Shown here: piece by piece, positions 38,663 to 51,180 of the stretch
How positions within the stretch are numbered: the stretch's first letter is position 1
Layout of the letters: every line of letters starts with the position of its first letter
From: Cetorhinus maximus
Taxonomy: Eukaryota
Length of the DNA stretch: 64,000 nt
Assembly: GCF_964194155.1 (NCBI RefSeq)
Contig: NC_135879.1
Location: 137,268,001-137,332,000 of the forward strand
Direction of reading: 5' to 3'
Position numbers and translations under genes: made by a program
The notes under the pieces: model-generated
Told to the model about the DNA's origin: nothing
Databases searched by the model: none
The model's input: the letters and a program-made list of their open reading frames with translations, nothing else

Positions 38663-40082
38663 GAGTCTCTAAAGCTTGTATGCCCAGATCTTGTAATGAA
38701 AACCTTGTCTGGAGGTTTCTTTAATTGCTCACAGTGATCCGTGGGATTGTCATTGTTGGATGCTGTTCCTAGTTGAATTTTGGATGTTGTCCTAGATGCA
38801 ACAGGACTGCATGGTGTGGAGGAGCTGGAATTGATCTGATTTGTCGACAGTTACGCCTCACTATTGCACCTTTGTGTGTAATGACTTCATAGGAACTTGG
38901 TTCAGAACAAATCCTTGTCACCTCAGCTGGTTGCCATGTACCTTCTGTGGGATCCTGGATGCAAATTTATTGTCTCAACTGTATACTTGGCAATTCTGAA
39001 CCCACATTTTTATTGTGCACATTGATCATCTTCTCTCGCAGTTTTAAAAGTTGCCCTCTAGTGTCTTGGAGTAGAATGGGTAAGAGTGGGTAAATTGGTG
39101 AGCAATGGTCTGCCAAACATGAGCTCTGCCAGTGATGAAATAGTTACACTTAAGGGTGTCACTGTCAGATCTAACATTGCAATGTGTAGATCTTACTTGG
39201 TCAATCTGTATTTGAGAATTAGGAATTTCACCGTATGAATCATACATTCAGCTAGGCCGTTAGATTTAGGTTAATGAGGAGAAGAAGTAGTGTGATCGAT
39301 ATTCCATTTCTCACACATATCTTGAAATGGCTTACCAACAATTTGCAGGCTGTTATCCATAATGATCTCTCAAGGCACACCAAGTAAACTGAAAATAACA
39401 CCTAGAGTATGTGCAACAGTTGTTCCTGATGTATTGTGCAATTGCTGAATGATGGGATACTTATTAAAATAATCGACAATGACAACAAAGTCAATGTCAT
39501 GGACATGAAAGGGGTCAGGTGTGTTTTTGGACCAAGGGTAGGTAGGAACTCAATGCTGAATCAGTGGTTCTTTGTGCTGACTTGGCATATGTTCTTGACA
39601 TGCCTCACATTTCTTGACGAAGACTTCAATGTCATTGTTCACACCCAGCCAATAGAATGTCTCTCTTGCAAGTCTTCATATCTGATCTATGCCCATCTTT
39701 GAATGATTAAGTTGTTGAAGAATATCAGGTCACAAAGATTCCAGTATGATGACCTGTCTGTCTTTAAAAATGATTCCCAGGAGATGCTTAGCTCATCCTA
39801 GTAAGGCCAAAAATGGGCTCACGTATTTGTGGACATGCAGAATTGAATCAGGCCATCCTTCAATGATGGTTTTCCACAGTTTCTGCAGTGTAGAAATTTT
39901 TGCTATTTCTTCTTGTAGCTGCCGCATTTGCGTTGCGTAATGTGACAATTGACAGACTTGCATTCTCCTACAAGCCTAACATTGCAGCACCTTTAAAACT
40001 GCCAATTTTGTCGAAACATTCTGCATATTTCAATGTTAGGTCATGAAATCAGGTGATAGGCATAATTTCTGAGGTGGAATCT

Positions 40083-41972
40083 TGTGATGACTGTCACTTT
40101 AAGATCAGTTCGACTGAGTAGGAGTCACATGATTTGTTCAACCAATGTGTAGCAAGCGTGGGAGAATAAATTCTAGGGAAGAAGTTTCCTAGGGAATGGT
40201 TGTATGAGGGGCTGGCTAGATACAAGCAGCCACAGATGCTCTCCTGTAAATAAAGTTTGTTTGTTTGGCTAAGAAGCCTCCCAGACCGTGTTTCAACATT
40301 TGGCGATGCAGAAAAGCTATCCTGGCACTGTCTCCCACCTGTATCTGTGAGTATCGTGTTTAATCGACAACTACGAATAGGAAATTATATTACTCGCCAA
40401 GATGCCTCTTTTTGGCCGGATAGACCCATTCGACGACTCTGCAGAGGAATGGGGTCAACATGTCGAGCACCTTGGCTTCTACTTTCAGGCGAATGAAATA
40501 AGGGATGAGGGGATGCACAAGGCGACCCTCCTGAGCGTTTGTAGAAGCCAGACTTACAGTCTGATCTGCAGCCTTACCGCTCCAAGCGCACCTGACTCCA
40601 AATCATTCAGTGAGTTAGTGGATCTACTTAAGGGTCATTTCCAACCAAAACCTTTAGTCATAATGCAATGTTTTAAGTTTAATTCGTGAGTGAGAGCCCT
40701 GGGGGAATTGATCGTGATGTACATGATCACATCATTGCAATTTTGGTACAACCCTAAATGATATGCTGTGGGATCGATTAGTCTGTGGGGTATGTAACAA
40801 TGCCTTACAAGGTTGGTTGTTAGCAGAAGTCGATATCGATTTCAAACGCGCGATGGAGATTGCGCTCGCTATGGAAAGCGCTGAGCTAGGTGCATTGGAA
40901 CTGCAGGGCGTGCAAATTGATGCCAAATCAGCCAGAGCCACTAGAAAAAGGAAGCAGTTCCAGTAAGCTACAGATCTAACAGATACAGCGGAGGCAGTAA
41001 GGCAGTGATTCCTAGCGTCCAATGTTATCGGTGTAGGAGTAGCCATGCTTCTGAATCTTGTCGACTTAAGGAGGCTGAGTGCTGTTATTGTGGAAAAAAA
41101 GGACACTTAAGGACACAGTGCAGGGCTAGGTTAAGTCTTGTGTTTCCAAGTTTGCAGAGGAGGGCAGCGTCAAGTCAGTGTAACCAGACGACAAGTCACG
41201 ATTCTCACAGTAGACCTAGGAGCGTAAATGTGTACATGAAAAACTTCAATAGTGGTCCTAGGTAGATTCCCGGAAGGGTAGTCTCTGAGAACAGAGCTCT
41301 TTCGTATCAAGTAAGGATAGAGGCATTGATCGTTGGGAAGTATGTTGACCACTTGATGGGTAGAGAGGCACTCCCGCAGTTATTGTTACCACCAAGCGTT
41401 GGCGAACTTCTGTGCACCAAAGATGCTGGTCGACCTGTAATAAACATCAAGGACATTCCTGTGGAAGTTAATGACAATGAATTGTCTGTACCAAAGGAGG
41501 TACCCGTTAGTACAGTTCCAGAAAATGTTGATCCGGTAGAAGCCTCACAACCTGTTGATGTATGCTGCTCAACCCGAATTTGAAAACCACCCCAAAGACT
41601 TCATTTATAACTGTGGGGTCTATTGTATGTATTGTGCAATTGAAGTACAGCCTAATGACATATGTAATTATGTCTAGAATTCAGAAAACTTTTGGTTCAA
41701 TTATATAAAGCAATTGCTAACTGAAAAGATGTACAAGAGTTAAGGGTAAGAGATGTGATATATGTCACTTTAAGATCAGTTTGACTGAGCAGGGGTCACA
41801 TGATTTGATCAGCCAATGTGTAGCTAGTGTGGGGGGAATAATTTCTAGGGGAGGATTTTCTTAGGAAATGCTTGTATGGGGGTGCTGGCTAGATACAAGC
41901 AGCCACAGAAGCTCTTGTGTAAATAAATTTAATTTTGTTTGACTAAGAAGCCTCCCAGACCGTATTTCAACA
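40083..41972 (+). mobile_element. 1.9-kb non-autonomous gag-only LTR element
   Basis: ~216-bp LTRs at 40083-40298 and 41754-41972 (TGTGA..TTCAACA). PBS-like TGGCGATG, PPT AAGGGTAAGAGA, degenerate TSD AATCT/GATTT. Confidence 0.9.
40402..41130 (+). pseudogene. Gypsy gag with zinc knuckles
   Basis: MPLFGRIDPFD..WGQHVEHLGFYFQANEI, MLWDRLVCGV, CYRCRSSHASESCRLKEAECCYCGKKGHLRTQC. Confidence 0.9.
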
Positions 41973-42139
41973 GATTTGCCATATGAGGTCTCACTGATTC
42001 TATGGATTGTCACTAGTGCGAGGTCACAGCATGCTGGTAAACATTTGCCAGGCCTTTAGTCTCCATGGTGTAGGACATCTGTAACACTCAGGAGGATTGA
42101 TTGTACTTGCACTCCAGGACTATAGATCCTGCACATGGA

Positions 42140-42528
42140 ATTAGTTCATTTTGGTAGGAAGAATAACAAAGAAGCATAGCATATAAACGATGAGAGATTG
42201 CAGAGCTCTGATATGCAGAGGGATCTGGGTGTCCAAGTGCATGAATTGCAAAAGGTTAGTATACAGGTACAGCAAGTAATGGAATAGAAGCTGTGTAGAA
42301 GCTAATAGAATGTTATTGTTTATTGCCAGGGGAACTGAATACAAATGTAGAGGGGTTATGCTTCAGTTATACAAGTCATTGGCGAGATCACATCTGGAGT
42401 ACTGTGTACAGTATTAATCTCCTTATTTAAAGAAGGATATAAATGCATTGGAAGCAGTTCAGAGAAGGTTTACTCGACTAACACCTGGAATGGGAAAATT
42501 GTCTTATGAGGCAAGGTTGGACAGGCCC
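42140..42528 (+). mobile_element. CR1 LINE RT C-terminal fragment
   Basis: VHFGRKN..QRDLGVQVH, HLEYCVQY*SPYLKKDINALEAVQRRFTRLTPGM. Confidence 0.85.
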
Positions 42529-43204
42529 TGGCAATTCATACGAACCATTGTACACTGAAAGTTTCACAGCAGTAGGTTTCGCCATGGCCTTCCACTTCAG
42601 TGAATGTATGTCTTTTGGAGTTTGCAGACTAGTATTTTGGGATTGCCCATGTAAATTTTGGCACATAATGAATGGTTGCCAACTTTCTTAGGGCAGATAA
42701 CTTGAATCTTGGCAAACACCTCGGACGGTTTGACGGTAGTTATGTTTCTCAAGAGATTGACGTGTGAAACTTGTGTTCGCCGCTCTCCGTCGTGTTTTGT
42801 ACATCATCGTCATCATTTTCTGGTTTTGGGATGTTTCAGACTGGACACTGGATGGTCATACGAACATACAAATTAGGAGCAGGAGTAGGCCACTAAGTCC
42901 CTTGAGCCTGCTCTACCATTCAATAAGATCATGATCATTCTTATTGCTTGAAGGTACCTATTGAGTACAGCCTGTAATATCCCTTAATGACATATTACAC
43001 ACTAGACACTTGTGATAATGGCTTCCCTGCTGATGTTCGGGCCTCATCAACATTAAGGGGAGAAATGGCTGAATGTAGAAATCCTTTAAAACAGCAGACA
43101 GCATAAATTGTTTTGCTGTCTGCCTTGCAGTCAACAGACATGGCTAATTGCCCATTGCCATCTCTGCGTCCGCCTAGACATCTTAACCAATCTCTTCAAT
43201 CAGT

Positions 43205-43475
43205 TTTAGTGATATTGGTTGAAGGATATTTATTGACCAAGACACTGAAAGCATACTCCTGCTCTTCTTAAAATAGTGGCATGGGGTATTTTTTACATCC
43301 ACCTGAGAGTTTAGATAGGACCTCAATTTAATGTCTCATCCAAAAGACGGCACCTCCGAGAGTACAGTGCTCAATCAGTACAGGAATGAAATGTCAGACT
43401 AGACTCTGCGCTCAGAACTCACATCCTTCTGACTCAGAGACAAGAGTGCCACTGCCAAGCCACGACTGATACCTG
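43205..43475 (-). mobile_element. Deu-domain SINE (SacSINE1/AmnSINE1-related)
   Basis: Reverse complement has a tRNA-like head (..gcactcttgtctctgagtcagaagg) and the core ggaggtgccgtcttttggatgagacattaaa..ctcaggtggatgtaaaaa. The Deu core was recognised from memory. Confidence 0.7.
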
Positions 43476-44202
43476 AGGTTTAAAAATGATAAATAGTCAG
43501 TGAAGTTGTGGGGGAGGGTGCTAAATTACAGGATCAACAAAGTGAAATAAATAGCCTTTCCTCAGTCCACATATTTATGCATTCACAACATTCAACCCAC
43601 ATGTCTTACTAATAAAGTTGCTGAATTAGTTCGTGCTTCAGCCTCAAGTCAATTAGTAGGCAGTTTAAGAGCAAATATTGCACGATCTGTGGAACTCAGC
43701 ATTCATTCTTTTTCTGTCTGTCACCACTTAATTGTTCATTTATTTTACTGTTTACCCCAAAGCGTTTTGCTTGTATTTTTCCAGCTAAAGTGAATTTTCT
43801 CATTAGGAAAATGAAAAGGCAAAGTCACATTTTTTTTTCTCTAATTGGATGAGTTCTGCACAGAATAAGAAAACTTTCTCGGTCATTTTCCTCAGTTGCC
43901 TTCTTTACCAACTCTGCACTTGTCACTGATGGGAGGCTCTTTCCATCACATTCTTCCTCCCTTCGATCACAGTCTGTTTTGTTGTGCGACAAACCAATTC
44001 CTTGGATGGCTCATTAGTTACTTCAGGAGTGGTTTAACTAGAAAACTTGACCTTTGTGCCAGCTTGCTCTCCCATTAACTTACAGCAAGTACATTTAAGT
44101 GTAAGCAGAAGTCACCTTCTGTCCAGTTGCCTATTAACCTTTGGGTTACCTCAAATTTAAGTCGTTTTTTCAACTATCCATTTTTTTTACAACAAACTCT
44201 AT

Positions 44203-44901
44203 GAGCTGAATTTTCCCCCCGTTAGGGGGGAAGTTGAAGGGCGGATGCGCACAGACGTGCTTCCGATCGGCGCCCCCGATCGGGGGTGCACCGCCATTTT
44301 ACGTGGGCCGGCCAATTAAGGCCCACCCGGCGTGACGTCCGCAAGGAAGCGCTATGTGCTCCCTGTGCGGGCAGGGGGGAATCCCAAAATCGAGAGTGCG
44401 CTCTTTCGTGCATGCGCACAAAAGAGTGCACTCATCTCCCTGAGGCTAAGTGCAGTCTCAGGGAGTTCGCCTGTAAATATAAAAAAGACAAAAATAGAAA
44501 AATTTTATAAATTTTCCCTTACATGTCTCCTGATGTGACACTGTCACTGAGTCAGGATATGTCCATAATTTTTACACAATCTTTATTGAAATTTTTTTAA
44601 AGCCTAGATGAAACCTCATCCCGCCCATGTTTTTTCTCCTTCCCGCCGGGGCTCCTGGCCTGCCCGCCAACCTTAAGGTTGGACGGGCAGGTCCTCTAAT
44701 TGCTTAATTGAACCTGTCAATGGCCTCGATTGGCCATTGACAGGTCGGCAGGCACGCAGCTGATTTTGCTGTGCTCCCGCCTTTCTGAAAAATTAAATTG
44801 GGTGCAGTGATGTTGGGAGTTCCCCCCGACATCACCACGCATCATTTTATGCGTCGGCGAGTGGGCCCTGCCCCCGCTCACCAACTCGTAAAATTCTGCC
44901 C
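44203..44901. mobile_element. Harbinger MITE, complete
   Basis: TIRs GAGCTGAATTTT and AAAATTCTGCCC, perfect TAT TSD. Confidence 0.9.
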
Positions 44902-46202
44902 TATGTTTCATCTGCCCTTGAAACACGATAGGGTCGACCTTGTTATATGATTTGCCTGCATCTCAGGTCCGAAACAAGAACAATAAAGTCTAATTTTGCA
45001 GCACATCTAACATCAGATGGCAGCAGAAGTATGTATGATGCCATATTGGTTGGGGTGCTTGTAACGTTGTCTCTCTGTTGGCCATCTGAAACAAATGCCG
45101 GCATCATTAAAATATGCTGAAAAGGGTGCTCCCACCTGAATCCGGACCCTTTGAGAAGTTGCTTCGAAGTGTCACCTTCTGAACCCACTTATCAAATCAT
45201 GGCGGGAACAAGCTAGGAAGCGGCCTTCACAATTGCTATTTAAAGGCACTCTCACTGCCATTAGGTTACATTTCTGGCTAGTCTTGCTTTTGCACCCATT
45301 CATTGAGTATTTTAGCTGGTGGGGACTTGGCTGCAAAATGCTTTACTATTTGCAGGGGCTTTGCCATAGAACTTCCAGAACTGGAACAGATGGAGCCAAT
45401 GCCACTCTCAAGGGGTTGAGCCTCAGCACTCCCGCTGTTCTGCATGGGAATAGAGTGCAGGGGTGCTTGGAGACTTCAAAACTCCTCTGCAGCTTTGGAC
45501 TGCAACCATCTTGATATGGGCAGCAGCAGTTTGGGCTGTCTGGCTGGCTGACAAGCAATAGCAGGGGCACTGATGGAGTGGCAGTGGTAGGAGGACAACT
45601 GCTGTTATCCTGAGAGCAGTACTCCTGAAAGGAGTGAGACCCTAAAAACCCCTTTGAGCACTGATGTCTGAGCTATGATAGCAAAGGTCTGAGCCTGCAT
45701 GGTACCAAGTTGGCTTGCACAGTGACAAGCTGAGATTTCATGATCATAGTCTGAGGTTCCGCTGCAGCACCCAACCATTGGCTGACTTCTGCTTGTGCTG
45801 CAATGGAAGCTGAGATATCAGCCACCAGACATTACATGATGGTTGGATTTGCAAATGTTCTCATGGAGTTGGCCATCACTTCCATACTGGAAAAGAAGGG
45901 GCCCCAACCCCTGTGCTGATCCCTGTGCCAATTTGGAGATGGAAGCTTCCATGCTCCTTGACAGTGACAACAGTCTGGCAGGCCTGACAATGCACCAAGC
46001 ATTTTGGGGTACAAACCCATTTTTTTTTTAATCTGTTGCCAGCAGTGCTTCCCTCTCCCTCTGGCCTGATTGCAGCCCACTCACCATGTGCAGATCTTGT
46101 TTCTATACTATCCTCTAAATTTTGTGCAGGGTTAATATCTGAGCTGGTGGCTGAGAGTGTTGGATTGAGTGACAGTGTTTCTTCCTTCTTTGTGTCTTGA
46201 TC

Positions 46203-46601
46203 TTTAAAAATTCTTGCATGTGGTATGGGTGTCACTGGCAATGCCAGAATTTGTTGCCCATCCCTAATTGCCCTTGAACTGTGTGGTTTGCCATGCCATT
46301 TCAGAGGGTAGTTAAGAGTCAACCACATTGCTGTGGGTCTGGAATCACATGTAGGCCAGACCAGATAAGGACAGCAGATTTCCATCCCTAAAGGACATTA
46401 GTGAACCTGATGGTTTTTACAACAATTGACAATGGTTTGATAGTCACCAGCACTGAGACTAGCTTTTCAATTCCAGGTTTTTACTTCAATTCAAATTCCA
46501 CCAGCTGCCATGGTGGGATTTGAACCCATGTCACCAGAGTGTTAGCCTGGGCCTCTAGATTACTAGTCCAGTGATATTACCACTACACTACCACCTTCTC
46601 C
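46203..46601 (-). mobile_element. tRNA-derived SINE, full length
   Basis: Reverse complement has A-box TAGTGTAGTGG and B-box GGTTCAAATCC. Its 3' tail (aagggcaattagggatgggcaacaaat..ccagtgacacccatac) matches the LINE 3' end at 21232-21310. Confidence 0.85.
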
Positions 46602-47144
46602 AGACCTAGTTCATCTATGCTTTCAGCCTCCCCTATCTCTGAATGTTTACAGGTGGCAGTTCTTGGGAATCTGAAAGCATAAAGGCACAAGAGATGGGTT
46701 GGGATGAGTTGAGTAAAAGGGGGAAAACAAGAAGTGCATGGTTAAACCATCTCAGATGATATAATCATAGCAGGTTGCAGGAAGAGGAGAAAGTGGGATG
46801 TGAGAAGGTACATTAGGCCGGAATATCTGGTCACCCTCAATGGTTTCAGCCAGGCCATTGGTCACAGCCTCAATAATGATGACTACAATTATTCCCTGCA
46901 CTGTCTCCTCCATGTGGGTCAGAACATGTGGCCATGCCTGCTTCCTGCCATTTTTCCTGCTACTGCTGCTGCCTATTTTGAGCCACCTTGCCTTGCAAAA
47001 AAAGGGGAAATGTGTCAGTTAGTGTGCTGTAATGTAATTATATATGGTTCTCACAGTTGAATATCTGGCAGTGTGTGCAAGCTGTCAGATATATGTGTCT
47101 GGCTTCCGGCAGGGTTAAATGTGTAAGGGTGAGGTCAAGCATAT

Positions 47145-48956
47145 TGTTACAGACAGAGGAGAGATAGTAGGATAGTCCCCCCTTTTCCCACTTCTCAATT
47201 GACCAAAAATAGATGTGTATTAAAAAAAGGGCTTTAACCACTTGAGTGCCGTGACTCTCAAGAACAGACAAAGGCAGCTTTTCTAATAAGTTTTTAAAAA
47301 ATAATAAATGTTTATTTCCCAGCACCAAATGTATTCACAATATTATCTACTCACACAGACACACACACATATACACACAAAAGAAAAGGTAGTGGCATGC
47401 ACTTAGATGGAAGCTTGAAATGTTGCAGGCCCGATGATTCCCTTTTAGTTCACTGAAGAAATGGAAGTTGGACACTTATGGTGACAAATTTGCAGTGACT
47501 TATTATCTGTAGCAGCAGGTTTCTAGCTTTGTTCTAGCTGGGGTGCTGTTGAGCCCCTGTAGCAAAGATCTGGTTTGATTCCACAATCAGTAGGGAAACA
47601 GCTACACCACTCCTCTGCCTGTTGGTGGGTTTGACAGGGTCCTTCCTTTGCTGGGCTGGATCTCCTTCCACCTGAGTCTCCCTGTGTCCCAGACTGACTG
47701 ACTGCCAGAGGTTATACTCAAAATGTATGTTACTAAATGTTCCTTATCTTAATCTGGTTTCTGTTAGACAACCATAGTATTTGTTTTCCCATTGTCCACA
47801 CAATAGGTCCCTGGTGACTTGAGTATTGACACACAATGGGCAGAGTTTTGCCATTGGCAAACAGGGGGCGGGGCCTGCTCGCCGACAGGTAAAATGACGC
47901 AGGATGACGTTGGGCGGAACCCCCGACATCATCCCGGCCCATTTAAATTTTTAGGAAGGCGGGCGCGCAGCAAAATCAGCTGCGGGCCCACCGACCTGTC
48001 AACGGCCAATTGAGGCCATTGACAGGATCATTGAAACAATTAAAGGACCTGCCCATCCAACCTTAAGGTTGGCGGGCAGGCCAGGAGCCCGGGCGGCAAA
48101 TAGATAAAACATGAAACCTCATCCACCGGCGGGATGAGGTACCATGTAGGGTTTTAATAAGTTCAATAAAGTTATTATGTAAATTATTAACATGTCCCAT
48201 TGTCACATGAAGGGGACATGTTAGGGAATTTTTTTTTCTATTTTTCATATATTTCAAAGTGTAAGCGATCTCCCTGAGGCAGCACTTAGCATGTGCAAAA
48301 GAGCGCACTCTCTCTTTTGGGGAATCCCACCCCCCCCTGCCCGCACAGGAAGCGCTTAGCACTTCCCGGTGGACGTCATGCTGGGTGGGCCTTAATTGGC
48401 CCGTCCACATAAAATGGCGGCGGGGCCCGCTTCTCCGGCGGGGATCGGCCCCCCGCCCGCCGGAGATTGGGTCGGGCCCGCCCCCCGACAGGCAGAAAAG
48501 CTTCAGCCACTTGCACCTTCTTGTGATTGAATGGGTTTCTCCTCACCATCATGCTGCGAATGTCCATTTACTAACCAAGAAAATGGTAGGACCAGTTTCT
48601 TAGGCAATATCAGCCTTCAAATCTACAGGAAAGATCTGTTGCATTTTAATGTATTCTCAATGGAATGTCCTAAAAAGTTGTTTGTGTTTGTCACAACCAC
48701 AAAAAAGGCATTTCCTCAAAGTATTCCATGAGCTCAGAATTTGTGTGTGTGTGTGTAGCCTCCTTTTAATATGTGAGTGGTTCAATTTAAAAATAATTCT
48801 CAAACAGAATAAAGGTTAGTTCATTACAAAATTGCTGCTGAAAGTTACCTAAGTAAAAGTGATGAAGTTATGAATTAAAATACAGATACAAATATTAAAA
48901 TGAAGATAAAGGAAAAAAATACTTAAAGGTGAGATTTTAAATCAGTCTCTGTGAGC
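47145..48956 (-). mobile_element. Probable solo LTR (reverse orientation) containing a MITE
   Basis: Starts TGTTAC, contains (CA)n and TTTATT, and interrupts the Myb/SANT remnant of copy E. The right end is uncertain. Confidence 0.45.
47838..48508. mobile_element. Harbinger MITE
   Basis: TIRs GGGCAGAGTTTT and AAAAGCTTCAGCC. Reverse-orientation homologue of 44203-44901. Confidence 0.88.
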
Positions 48957-50675
48957 TATTGTTGCAACCTGATTGCTGGCATTGACTGCTGGGACTACTT
49001 TCACCCACTGGCTTCTTAGTAGGTGCCTGGAGGGCATCCTGACAGCTGAGGGGAGAGGAACCCTCTCTTCCTGTCCTCCTCACACACCAAGGCCAAGAGT
49101 GCATGATCCTAAAAGCTTGGGCACACTCTCTGGCCTGTTCTGCCATTTCTGTAGCTTCCTCTTACTTTTCCACTCTTCTTTCGGCAATTCCAGCTCCTGT
49201 TGAAGCTAGAATAAAGCTTGCCTTTAAGAGGTACAATCTTGCTTTAAATGGTTTTAGCTTTGCATGAACTTGGGTCCCCTACTGAGGTGTGCAGTCACTT
49301 AGCGGTATGTGCAGCACCAGGCTGCAATCATTATAATTAGCAGACAGTATTACTTTGAATGGACTCGGGGGGGGTAATGGTGTATCACAATCACAATAGG
49401 GGCATTCAATTTAGCCCTCCTCATCTCCCGCAGTAGTGAACTTAACAAAAAAAAACATGCACATGGGACCAGGTAAATGTTGGATAATAATTCTTCCAAG
49501 TTTCGTTTAGCATCCTACCCACCAGTACATGGCTTGAAGTGATAGCAAAATGGAGAGACTTTCTGCTGTTTTCCTGAAGCACCAGTAGTGCCCCCTGCTC
49601 GCTCCAGTTGTAATACGCCTTTAAGGGATGGGAGCATGATTTCACTATAAAGGAAGTCTTTATATCCAGTGATCCAGTTTAGTTTCACTTTTGCTTTTAA
49701 GCAGACACACACACACCCACCAGAACAGCTCTACTGCTGGTACCTTTATGCCAATATATATCTGTTCTCATGTGCCTTGTCTTAATAAAGGGACCCACAA
49801 TGCATTGACACAATTCCTTATGAGCGATTGGTGCTTTTATATCATTATAAAAACGCAACAGTCCCAAGGTCTAGTGTATCTGGTGTGCATGTATTTTATT
49901 TTAATGAAGCCCATTGGAAAGTATTAACGCTGAGTGTGTGCACCAGGCACAGGGCACTCTGCTTCTGGTCATTTCCTGTGTGGCAAAATAAGACCTAGCA
50001 TTACTGAAGGAGAAATATTTGATAGGCTAACATTCTCCCTACATTTATTTGTAACTATTGTCAACAGAATTACTATGTCCAGATAAATGTAAATTGCTAA
50101 ATACCCCAAGGAAAACACCTAATAACATAAGCATCAATGCTAATTTTAAGTGCCTAGTTATATTGTTAAGTATGAGTGTGTAGATGTTTTGCATGTTCTT
50201 TTCAGCCATCAACCCTTGCAAGGTTTCTCCCACTAATTGAAAATGTCAGATATTGATTTGCTTCTGGAATTGTGCATGAACAAACAAACATCTGAGATGA
50301 AGTATATGGCAATGTATCTGTAAGGAAAAAGACTCCTGAGCTACGTGGATAGATTTCAATGGCTGAAAAGATTGGTATTTAAGAAACAAGTATTTTCATT
50401 ACTGAAATGTGCTCCGTGTGATAGCAAATCAGTCAAGAATGCTGAATGTCCAAAAAAAACTTGTACAATTGCAATTAAAATTCTGTAATCATGTTTTACA
50501 CATCAAAGCTACATCACTATGGTCATAAGTTATGAGTTAGTTCAGTTACACATGGCCGAACTAGCATATTATAAATAGCAATTTATACCCAAAATGCTAT
50601 TTTTATTTTTGGTTCACCTCCCTAACTTAATGAAAGCGGTGTTACAACAAATATGTTAAAAAGCAGAAGATATAA

Positions 50676-51180
50676 GGGCTGATTTTATCTCCCATTGAGA
50701 ACCCAGCAAGAACAGCAAGATGACAATTTTGTACTGGAGTCTTACTGGAGCAGAAGCAGATTTTCATTGCTGGACCTCATTTGAATGCTGTCAATTATTT
50801 ACGCGCTTGATTGGGGGGTGGCCAGCTGGTTTGGCTGGCGGGGCAAGGCAGGGGGTGTTGGGAAAACAAAGACCAGGTGGCCCAGAGTCTGCACGGCAGC
50901 ACCAAGAGAAATCTACCAACATTAAGGTGAGTCTGCTAGGAAGGGCTCTTCTGAGGGTCTTGTGACTGAGGGCATGTGGGAATTCAGGGAAGAGGATGTC
51001 AGAGCAGCAGGGGCCTATCCTTAACATGTTTGGACCCAGAGGAGCATAACTATTCGTCCTGCCTTAAGAAGGAAATATTTTTAACTTAAATTATTCAGAG
51101 CACCTCACTGGCTTCCCAAGAGCCGACTGGGATAACCAAATGTAGGCTTTTATTTTACCAGGTTCTCAAAAATCCTAGAT
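50676..51180. mobile_element. Old MITE-like element
   Basis: Begins GGGCTGATTTT like the other Harbinger TIRs and is a GC-rich island in AT-rich DNA. The right TIR is unclear. Confidence 0.35.

Larger units (their letters stand above)
38680..42860 (-). mobile_element. Gypsy pol remnant (protease and integrase, no RT/RH), split by later insertions
   Basis: Minus strand: AVKLSVYNGS (protease region), IIEGWPDS, LARETFYWLGVNNDIE..CEACQEH, VDYFNKYP, HTTSSPH*PKSNGLAE (integrase). Confidence 0.75.
44930..49416 (-). mobile_element. Old Harbinger element (copy E) with minus-strand Myb/SANT gene, multiply interrupted
   Basis: Exon 1 remnant MAEQARECAP-like at 49146-48960. Exon 2 after ttttgcaag reads GKVAQNRQQQ..VLTHMEETVQGII (46995-46870). 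TIR-like AATTTAGCCC at about 49416. Confidence 0.55.

Noticed and set aside
43825-44012. Minus-strand open stretch (AIQGIGLSHNKTDCDRREEEC..) as a host exon
   Set aside because: No convincing splice acceptor, an in-frame stop directly upstream, and no recognisable homology.
46520-46601. tRNA gene
   Set aside because: The A and B boxes belong to a SINE head followed by a SINE body and LINE-derived tail, with no intact cloverleaf.
49442-49927. Short ORFs in unique-looking DNA
   Set aside because: 60-80 aa, no recognisable domains or supported splice structure; consistent with chance.
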